Assembly: GCF_000189295.2 (NCBI RefSeq)
Contig: NC_016803.1
Coordinates: forward strand, 600,001 to 632,000
Reading direction: 5' to 3'
Length of the DNA: 32,000 bases
Source of the DNA: Pseudodesulfovibrio mercurii
GTDB lineage: Bacteria > Desulfobacterota > Desulfovibrionia > Desulfovibrionales > Desulfovibrionaceae
The notes beneath the pieces were generated by a model. The model did no database searches. It saw nothing but the letters and a program-made list of their open reading frames with translations, and had not been told where the DNA came from. Of the stretch, positions 8,415 to 15,264 are shown in pieces. The position numbers and the translations under genes were made by a program. Each line of letters opens with the position of its first letter. Positions within the stretch are counted from its first letter, which is position 1.

Positions 8415-8434
8415 TCGGACCATTTTCGGACCAT
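8415..8434. promoter_or_regulatory. Tandem 9-bp direct repeat TCGGACCAT-TT-TCGGACCAT beside a TTGACA hexamer, upstream of hsdR
   Basis: Two perfect 9-mers with an 11-bp period (8415-8423 and 8426-8434). TTGACA lies on the + strand at 8406-8411; its near-complement TTGTCA reads toward hsdR. Confidence 0.3.
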
Positions 8435-8587
8435 CTACCCAGATCAGCAACCGCTGTTAGCGGAACCGACCACACGGCAAGACCTTGCCGTTTATGAAGG
8501 AAGGTGAGGGAGATGCGAGGCCGATCCGGTCTCGGCGACGAGAGAGTGTCGCATTCTCCCACCCTCTCCGCCATATTTCTCAAGACG

Positions 8588-8622
8588 AATCCCGGCAGCA
8601 CCCTGCCGGGATTTGTTTTTTA
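8588..8622 (+). terminator. Strong intrinsic terminator with no upstream + strand gene
   Basis: Perfect 11-bp stem AATCCCGGCAG / CTGCCGGGATT with loop CACC, followed by TGTTTTTTAT. The U-tract is present only on the + strand. Confidence 0.7.
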
Positions 8623-8751
8623 TCCCACGCCACATCAACCGTTCCTATTCTGTAGACAACACGGTCTTTCATCCTATTTACCCCTCTCCTCCCCCCCAAT
8701 CACCCAACCCCAGGATTGCTTCCCGCTCAAGAACATTATAGAGGGGTGGCC

Positions 8752-9042
8752 ATGAGTTACCCGCATGAAGCAAGAGCTGTTGAGGATGTGGTGGCGCAGG
8801 CCGCGCGGCATATCGGGCACCATGGCGGCCTGGCCGGGGATTGGTATGTCGGCATCGAGGAAAAGGGGTCGGACCGGGACAGCCGGAACGACCGCTGCCT
8901 GATGAATTACCTGCTGGCCTCGGAAGACGACGCCAAGACGGCCATGTCGCGGCTGCTCGACCGGGGGCTGCAGGCCGACGACGAGTACGGGGCCGAGCCG
9001 ACCATTCTGTTCATCTACACCAGGAAAAAGAAGGCGGCCTGA
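8752..9042 (+). CDS. Hypothetical small protein (96 aa)
   Basis: ATG at 8752 is preceded by GAGGGG. Translation starts MSYPHEARAVEDV...DWYVGIEEKG and ends ...ILFIYTRKKKAA. GC-rich codon usage like the core genes. No family recognised. Confidence 0.6.
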   Translation: MSYPHEARAVEDVVAQAARHIGHHGGLAGDWYVGIEEKGSDRDSRNDRCLMNYLLASEDDAKTAMSRLLDRGLQADDEYGAEPTILFIYTRKKKAA

Positions 9043-9209
9043 GGCGGCCCGACGCCCTTTTGGTCCGCCGCCAGGCAGATTGCGACGGCACTGCGCCGCC
9101 CGTGTGATCCGCCGCCAGGCACGGCAAAGACATCGATGCTCCGCCTAGGTGCACCGGCACCCGGCGCGTCCTCGCCGCCGTCCACCCCTTCGCCCCCTTT
9201 CATCGACCA

Positions 9210-9242
9210 TAAAAAAAGGACCGACGGTCGCCCGCCGGTCCC
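9210..9242 (-). terminator. Intrinsic terminator of the TSCPD gene
   Basis: On the minus strand, GGACCGGCGG-GCGA-CCGTCGGTCC (10-bp stem, one mismatch) is followed by TTTTTTT (A-run 9211-9217 on +). It lies 44 bp past the stop at 9286. Confidence 0.7.
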
Positions 9243-9285
9243 TGTGCGCTCCGCCGCTGCCGGTTCGAACCGGCGGCGCGGAGGG

Positions 9286-9606
9286 CTAGCTGGACGTGTG
9301 CTTGTTCTTGTATTCCTGGAGGGCGTGGCAGAACTGGTCCACGCAGGAGGTGGACTTGGAGCCGCAGGTGATGCCGCTGAAACGGTCCAGGACGAAATCG
9401 ACGTTCATGCCCTCGATCATGGCGGCGATGGCCTTGAGGTTGCCCTCGCAACCGCCGGAGAAGTTGACGTAATCGATGCTGCCGTTGTCCACGACGAAGT
9501 CGATTTCCTTGGTGCAGACGCTCCCTTCCGGGATGAAGTGTTCGACCCGTGCGCGGGGGCCGGGCACAGTGCGCATGGGAGCGGCCTGACGATGTGCGTT
9601 ATCCAT
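9286..9606 (-). CDS. TSCPD-domain protein, TIGR03905-like
   Basis: GSVCTKEIDF...FSGGCEGNLKAIAAMIEGM...GITCGSKSTSCVDQ matches the conserved Cys pattern and TSC(P/V)DQ motif of the TIGR03905 family. The start is uncertain: ATG at 9606 or 9576; the track start at 9615 is TTG. Confidence 0.8.
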   Translation of the reverse strand: MDNAHRQAAPMRTVPGPRARVEHFIPEGSVCTKEIDFVVDNGSIDYVNFSGGCEGNLKAIAAMIEGMNVDFVLDRFSGITCGSKSTSCVDQFCHALQEYKNKHTSS

Positions 9607-10866
9607 TGTATTCAATCCATTTCCTTTTACGGTTCAAGCCGGACGAACCGGCTATAATACACGCCCCATGCCGCGACGGCGGCCCCTGCGGGCCAATGCG
9701 GCCGCCCTCCTCCGGCATGTCCCGAATTGGGGACACGGGAGGACGCGGCGCGTCGTCCGTGGGCACGGAGACGATTCCTCAAGGCAATTGCGGGAACGTT
9801 GCACATCGACGCAAACGACCATGCAAAATGGTTCCGACAACCAGGAGCCCGCGTTTGGGCAGGCCCCGCTCGTTCCCGCAGCGGAGGGAGAGGTTATCAA
9901 CCTCTGCTGAAAACATCTCGGACACGGCCGCCCGGCGCGAACAGCCCGGCGAACACCCTATGATACAACCAGAAGATCATGGGCACTGCCGAACCGAACG
10001 CTTGTGCTTTATTTCTCAAGCCCTACCTGAGACGAAGCGCAAACCGGACAAACGCATGTCATTGAACTCTCTCCACCAAGTGGCGAATGACGGGCTTTTC
10101 CCGCTCGCCGGGGAGTTGAACTACAGAAAGTCGATACCCCTGTCAAACCTCAATTGTGAAACATGGAACATTTTTTCCTACCGATCTTGCAGGTAATTGC
10201 CCAGACCAGGGGCAATCCCCCGACATGTTTAAAAAAAAGCATTATTAATCAAATTGTTATAGTTTATGTCGCGGACTTTTCCCGCCTTCGTCATTTTCCC
10301 TGGATGAACATCTTCCTCGACACCCCTCGTTTTATCATTTCCCGACAAGGCCGGGCGGAGCTCCGGGAAGGACGACCGGCCAACCATGCCCGAAAAGGCT
10401 TCACACTGCTTGTATCGCCCTTTCGTTTACGAGGGGGAACGATGCGCACATGTGCATCGGTGCCGCGACGGCAGGCACGATGGCCTCCACAGGAGGAGAT
10501 GAAAGGCGCAGGGAACCGGACCGGGCGGAGGGCCGGCGCGGCGCATCCGCCGAATCGACCGCCCCCGCCTCGACCGGCCCACCGGCCGCGAAATTCCCAT
10601 GGCCGGACGCTTTGCATTTGCCGCGCGATGGGCTACAAGGGGGCTGATCGCACGAAGGCTGCTCGCTGTTCCGGGATCGATTCCCCAGGTGCGTCCATAG
10701 GACGCGCGTGCGGAATGGGAGCCGCCATGTTCCGTCATCACCCCCTTCGACTCCACGCCCCCCATTCCGTCGCGGCCCGCCGCGCCACGGCCGGTTCACC
10801 GTCCGCGCGCCCCCTTTGACCCGGGACGGCTTGCCCCACTCAACCCAATCATTCGGAGAAAAAACC

Positions 10867-11121
10867 ATGGACCCGTATATCGCAGCAACCAACGGCGTGG
10901 TCATGATCATCCTGATCATCCTCCTGGTCATCCTGTCCTTCTGCCTGATCTTCGCCCCCCTGTTCATCTGGAAATGGACCAAGGCTACCAGGAACGAGGT
11001 CACGCGGCTCAACGCCAACCTCATCGTCCTGGTGACCATGCTCAAGCGGTGGGAAAATCGCTACCTTCTGGTGGACGGCGAACAGAGCCCGGACCACAAG
11101 GAGGAACGGGTGTTCAAGTAG
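10867..11121 (+). CDS. Small single-pass membrane protein (84 aa), hypothetical
   Basis: ATG at 10867 lies 8 nt after GGAGA. The N-terminal hydrophobic helix [25 protein letters not shown] is followed by a charged tail. The upstream part of track ORF 10708..11121 is Pro/Arg-rich and unlikely to be coding. Confidence 0.55.
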   Translation: MDPYIAATNGVVMIILIILLVILSFCLIFAPLFIWKWTKATRNEVTRLNANLIVLVTMLKRWENRYLLVDGEQSPDHKEERVFK

Positions 11122-11167
11122 CCAGTGCCGGGACGCCCCGGCAACGGCCCGCCCCAACCCGCCCGTC

Positions 11168-11193
11168 CGGACCGCTTTCCGCGGCCGTTTTTC
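11168..11193 (+). terminator. Possible intrinsic terminator after the small membrane protein gene
   Basis: CGGACCGC-TTTCC-GCGGCCG forms a stem of about 7 bp with one bulge, followed by TTTTTCTCC. Confidence 0.35.
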
Positions 11194-11288
11194 TCCTTGT
11201 CCCCGGCCTCCTTCGATCGTACATTCCCTATCGTCCACAGCCCATTCCGTCCGACAGGAACAGTCTTCAGCCACAGGAGATTCGTCGC

Positions 11289-12098
11289 GTGCACTGGTTC
11301 ATGGAGCAAAACGCCGTCTTTCAGGCCTTCCTGGCCACCCTGTTCACCTGGGGCGTGACCGCCCTGGGCGCGGCCCTGGTCTTCACGGCCAGGGACATCT
11401 CCAAGCGGACCCTGGACATCATGCTCGGGTTCGCCGGAGGCGTGATGATGGCCGCCAGCTACTGGTCGCTCCTGGCCCCGGCCCTGGAGATGAGCGGGGA
11501 CATGGGAACCTGGGCCTTTGTCCCGGCCGCCGTGGGATTCGTGCTCGGCGCGTCCTTCCTCCGGCTGGTGGATATGGTCCTGCCCCACCTGCACCTGAAC
11601 GCGCCCCTGTCCGAGGCGGAGGGCGTCAAGACCAACTGGCGGCGCAGCACCCTGCTGGTCACGGCCATCACCCTGCACAACATCCCCGAGGGGCTGGCCG
11701 TGGGCGTGGCCTTCGGGGCCGTGGCCGCCGGGCTCGACTCCGCCAGCCTGGCCGGGGCCGTGTCCCTGGCGCTGGGCATCGGCATCCAGAATTTCCCCGA
11801 GGGCACGGCCGTGTCCGTACCCCTGCGCCGCGAGGGCATGTCGCGCACGAAGGCGTTCCTGTACGGCCAGGCCTCGGGCATGGTCGAGCCCGTGGCCGCC
11901 GTGCTCGGCGCGGCCGCCGTGCTGGTGGCCCGGCCCCTGCTGCCCTACGCCCTGGCCTTTGCCGCCGGGGCCATGATCTTCGTGGTCGTGGAGGAGGTCA
12001 TCCCGGAATCCCAGTCCTCGGGCAACGGCGACCTGGCCACCATGGGCGTGGTCTTCGGCTTCACCCTGATGATGATCCTGGACGTGGCCCTGGGTTAG
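11289..12098 (+). CDS. zupT: ZIP-family divalent metal transporter (ZupT-like)
   Basis: Multi-pass membrane protein with ZIP signatures [10 protein letters not shown] and QNFPEG. GTG at 11289 lies 8 nt after AGGAGA (11275-11280). An in-frame ATG at 11301 is the alternative start. Confidence 0.9.
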   Translation: MHWFMEQNAVFQAFLATLFTWGVTALGAALVFTARDISKRTLDIMLGFAGGVMMAASYWSLLAPALEMSGDMGTWAFVPAAVGFVLGASFLRLVDMVLPHLHLNAPLSEAEGVKTNWRRSTLLVTAITLHNIPEGLAVGVAFGAVAAGLDSASLAGAVSLALGIGIQNFPEGTAVSVPLRREGMSRTKAFLYGQASGMVEPVAAVLGAAAVLVARPLLPYALAFAAGAMIFVVVEEVIPESQSSGNGDLATMGVVFGFTLMMILDVALG

Positions 12099-12203
12099 GG
12101 GCCGACCGCCCGGTCGGCACCGGCGCGTGCGGGGCCGTTGGCGGAAATGCCCGGCTGCCCCGGCCGTCTTGCCTCAAGGCGGTCCTGCGGTGTATCAAGC
12201 CCC

Positions 12204-12533
12204 ATGCCCTCCCCGTTCACCGAAAAGATCATCGAGACCATCCGGGCCATCCCCGAGGGGCGCGTGTGCACCTACGGGACCGTGGCCGCCCTGGCGGGCA
12301 ACCGCCGGGGGGCGCGCCAGGTGTCCAGGGTGCTGCACTCCAGCTCGCGCAAGGAGAACCTGCCCTGGCACCGGGTGATCAACCGCGAGGGGCGGATCTC
12401 CCTGGACCGGTTTCAGGGGTACGAGGAGCAGAAACGGCTGCTCCTGGCCGAGGGCGTGTCCTTCGACGACACGGACCGCATCGACCTGGTCCGCTTCGGC
12501 TGGCGTCCCATCCCGGCGGACGCGGGCGCTTAG
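12204..12533 (+). CDS. Alkyltransferase-like (ATL) protein: MGMT DNA-binding domain with Trp in place of the acceptor Cys
   Basis: 109 aa with TYGTVAALAG...RQVSRVL...LPWHRVIN. PWHRV replaces the PCHRV active site of O6-alkylguanine-DNA alkyltransferases, as in ATL/YbaZ-type proteins. Confidence 0.85.
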   Translation: MPSPFTEKIIETIRAIPEGRVCTYGTVAALAGNRRGARQVSRVLHSSSRKENLPWHRVINREGRISLDRFQGYEEQKRLLLAEGVSFDDTDRIDLVRFGWRPIPADAGA

Positions 12534-12571
12534 CGATTGCCAAGCGGTCCCGGTTCGTCTATTCCTCTCCG

Positions 12572-13468
12572 ATGCCCGGCAACCGCCCCCTGGGATTCCT
12601 CTTCGCCCTGCTCGCCGTGACCATATGGTCCGGCAACTTCCTCATCGCCAGCGGATTCGTCAACGACATCCCGCCCGTGACCCTGGCCGCCCTGCGCTGG
12701 GTGACGGCCACGGCCGTGTTCCTGCCCTTTGCCCGGCGGGACATGCAGCGGGACATGCAGGCCCTGCTCGACAACCGCTGGGAACTCCTGGTGGCGGCCG
12801 TGACCGGCGTGACCCTGTTCAACACCCTGGTCTACGTCAGCGCGCGGACCACCGAGGCCGTGAACATGGCCCTGTTCGCCTCCACGACCCCGGTCTTCGT
12901 GGTCATCCTGGCCCGCATCTTCCTCAAGGAGCGCATCTCCCTGTTGCGCGGGGCCGGGCTGGTCATCGCCATCGCGGGCATGCTGGCCATCGCCACGCGG
13001 GGGAGCCTCGGGGTCCTCCTGCACATGACCTTCCGCGCGGGCGATCTGGTCATGCTCCTGGCCGGGTTCCTGTGGGCCGTGTACTCCATCCTGGTCAAGC
13101 GCAAGCCCGCCGCCGTCAGCCGCAACGCCTACCTCGGCGCGACCTTTCTCCTGGGGACCCTCCCGCTCATCCCTGCGGCGCTGCTGGAAAACTGCTTCGC
13201 CCCGGCCTGGACCCTGACCCCGGCCGTGCTCGGCGCGGTCCTGTACATCGGCATCCTGGCCTCGCTGGTGGCGTTCTTCCTCTGGAATTCCGCCATCATG
13301 CACATCGGACCGGGCAACGCCGCCCTGTTTCAGTACTTCATGCCGGTCTTCAGCGGCATCGGGGCCTGGTTCCTGCTCGGCCAGCCCGTGACCACGGTCC
13401 ACGGCGTGGGGTTCGTGCTCATCTTCAGCGGCGTTGTCATGGCCACCCGCCCACAGCGCCCTGCCTGA
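12572..13468 (+). CDS. EamA/DMT-family transporter
   Basis: 298 aa with about ten hydrophobic segments in two EamA-like halves. The ATG at 12572 begins the hydrophobic protein. The upstream part of track ORF 12266..13468 is Gly/Pro/Arg-rich and overlaps the ATL gene. Confidence 0.9.
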   Translation: MPGNRPLGFLFALLAVTIWSGNFLIASGFVNDIPPVTLAALRWVTATAVFLPFARRDMQRDMQALLDNRWELLVAAVTGVTLFNTLVYVSARTTEAVNMALFASTTPVFVVILARIFLKERISLLRGAGLVIAIAGMLAIATRGSLGVLLHMTFRAGDLVMLLAGFLWAVYSILVKRKPAAVSRNAYLGATFLLGTLPLIPAALLENCFAPAWTLTPAVLGAVLYIGILASLVAFFLWNSAIMHIGPGNAALFQYFMPVFSGIGAWFLLGQPVTTVHGVGFVLIFSGVVMATRPQRPA

Positions 13469-13521
13469 TTTCACGGGATAGGGGTTGCTTTTTCACCGGG
13501 TTTCGCCATAGATTGACGACC

Positions 13522-13968
13522 ATGAAACAGCTATTCGTGACCGCCCTTCTCGCCCTGGCCCTGGCCGCCCTCTTCGCCTGCTCCACCAAGGCCCCGGACC
13601 TGGGCATGAGCGAAGGCAAGTTCGCCGTCTGTCCGCCCGACCTCGACTGCGTCTCCTCCCAGGCCACCGACGACAAACACCGGATCGAGCCCATCCGGGC
13701 CACGGGCGATCCCGACAAGGTCATGGTCGATCTGGGCACGGCCGTGGAGTCCGTCTTCGGCGGCAAGGTGCTCCTGACCGAGGGCAACTACCTGCGCGCC
13801 GAGTTCAAGAGCCGCATGCTGCGCACCATGGACGACGCCGAGTTCTTCTACGACCAACAGGCGGGCCTGATCCAGGTCCACGCCGTGTCCAGAGGCGAGG
13901 CCTTCAACTTCTCGGACAGCCGCGACCGCATCGAAGAGGTCCGGATGATCTTCGAAAACATGCAATAG
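13522..13968 (+). CDS. DUF1499-family lipoprotein
   Basis: Signal peptide with lipobox LFAC, then CPPDLDCVSS...YLRAEFKSRMLRTMDDAEFFY...VHAVSRGEAFNFSDSRDRIEEVR, which is typical of DUF1499. Confidence 0.8.
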   Translation: MKQLFVTALLALALAALFACSTKAPDLGMSEGKFAVCPPDLDCVSSQATDDKHRIEPIRATGDPDKVMVDLGTAVESVFGGKVLLTEGNYLRAEFKSRMLRTMDDAEFFYDQQAGLIQVHAVSRGEAFNFSDSRDRIEEVRMIFENMQ

Positions 13969-13983
13969 CCGTTTCCCGCAGAC

Positions 13984-14019
13984 AAAAAAAAGACCGCCTT
14001 TCCGGGCGGTCTTTTTTTT
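13984..14019. terminator. Bidirectional intrinsic terminator between convergent genes
   Basis: A8-AGACCGCC-TTTCCG-GGCGGTCT-T8. The stem is flanked by an A-run and a T-run and serves the DUF1499 gene (+) and the ferredoxin gene (-). Confidence 0.8.
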
Positions 14020-14035
14020 GGGCCAAACCGAACGT

Positions 14036-14218
<183 letters not shown>

Positions 14219-14376
14219 TCAACCTCCTGAGATACTGGGATTTGTTAAAAATGGAGTCCCATTTGCCCATACGTATACCCCGCGAGCCAATTTGGTGGCA
14301 ACTGTTTTTCGGGACAATCCACCGAAACGCCAAATCCCCGTTGGCAGTCCGGGACAAATGCAGTACTCCACGGTCC

Positions 14377-15108
14377 ATGCTGGAAACAATCGCCATCGTC
14401 TTCATCGTGCTCGCCGCCGCCTTCCTCCAGGGGCTGACCGGGTTCGGCTTCGGGCTCATCGCCCTGCCCCTGTTCGGGTTCTTCCTGGACATCAAGACCA
14501 GCGTGCCCCTGATGGTTCTCCTGGCGGTGATCATCAGCCTCTACCTCGCCGTCCGCCTGCGCAAAAGCATCCATCTCCAATGCACTTTCACACTGATGGC
14601 CGCCAGCATCCTCGGCATCCCTCTGGGCGTCTACGCGCTCAGGCAGATCCCGACCAGGGGACTGTCCGTTGGCGTGGGCGTCATCATAGTCGCCTTCACC
14701 AGCTACCAGTTCCTGGTCCGGCCCGAGCCCCGTACCTTCGGCAAACGGATGACCGTCCTGGCCGGGTTCTGCTCGGGACTGCTCGGCGGCAGCCTGGGCG
14801 TGGGCGGCCCGCCGGTCATCATCTACACCGCCCTGCAACCCTGGACCAAGGATCAGACCAAGGCCACCCTGGCCTGCTTCTTCGCCCTGTCCGGCCTGGC
14901 CATCATCATCGTCCAGGCCGCGTCCGGCATGATCACAAGCGAGGTCCTGCACCTCTACGGCCTGAGCCTGCCCGCCCTGCTCATCGGCATCTTTCTCGGC
15001 ACCAAGGCCTACGAACGCCTCTCGGACCGTGGCTACCGGCAGCTGGCCTTGGTCCTGGTCTTCCTGCTCGGCTGCATGATGCTCTACCGGAACATCCTGC
15101 CCATATAA
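14377..15108 (+). CDS. TSUP (TauE/SafE) family membrane transporter
   Basis: 243 aa, multi-pass, with LQGLTGFGFGLI and GGSLGVGGPPV glycine motifs typical of TauE/SafE. The ATG at 14377 starts the hydrophobic region. Confidence 0.85.
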   Translation: MLETIAIVFIVLAAAFLQGLTGFGFGLIALPLFGFFLDIKTSVPLMVLLAVIISLYLAVRLRKSIHLQCTFTLMAASILGIPLGVYALRQIPTRGLSVGVGVIIVAFTSYQFLVRPEPRTFGKRMTVLAGFCSGLLGGSLGVGGPPVIIYTALQPWTKDQTKATLACFFALSGLAIIIVQAASGMITSEVLHLYGLSLPALLIGIFLGTKAYERLSDRGYRQLALVLVFLLGCMMLYRNILPI

Positions 15109-15264
15109 GCGCAACGCATTGAAATAACGAATAATCATTCCAGCACCGGTCGTCGCGCGCCGCCCGCTGTCCGATTTTACGGCGAGCGCCGCGACTTTTT
15201 CTTTATAAGCGGATGGTTATCTGTAATAACAGGGAACACGTACAAACCACTGCGGCCGGTAGCC

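Noticed and set aside
8330-8434. N-terminal 35-residue extension of hsdR from the track (start 8434)
   Set aside because: The extension (MVRKWSEFVKLKNFLYRAFCC...) has no good SD and precedes the conserved domain start. The ATG at 8329 has GGAGA at optimal spacing. The extension would also cover the tandem-repeat promoter region.
8430-8720. A tRNA or tmRNA gene as the integration site at the island border
   Set aside because: No cloverleaf could be built. GACGAATCCCGG at about 8585 only superficially resembles a T-loop and is part of the terminator stem.
8504-8755. 83-aa + strand ORF, and a 55-aa ATG ORF starting at 8494
   Set aside because: Both read straight through the 11-bp-stem terminator at 8588-8622 and have no SD.
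9616-9900. Possible cobalamin or other riboswitch in the leader of the TSCPD gene (minus strand)
   Set aside because: I could not find a B12 box, the GCCACTG-type core, or any other riboswitch signature by eye. Only generic GC-rich hairpins are present. This needs an Infernal/Rfam scan.
10080-10097. Sigma-54-like TGGCGA-N5-GGGCTT
   Set aside because: It matches only the GG/GC core loosely (consensus TGGCAC-N5-TTGCA), and no obvious downstream gene follows.
10639-10648. GGGGGCTGAT, reminiscent of a tmRNA 5' end
   Set aside because: No tRNA-like acceptor/T-arm partner (GGTTCGAATCC...CCA) and no tag reading frame nearby. Judged a chance match.
9549-11045. Track ORFs 9549..10196(+), 10163..10819(+), 10401..11045(-), 10291..10617(-) and others in the long gap
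   Set aside because: They overlap one another, are Arg/Pro/Gly-rich and have no motifs or SD sequences. The region is treated as non-coding (see finding).
12101-12118. Hairpin GCCGACC-GCCC-GGTCGGC after zupT as a terminator
   Set aside because: The stem is perfect (7 bp) but no U-tract follows. It may be a weak or Rho-assisted stop and was not listed as a feature.
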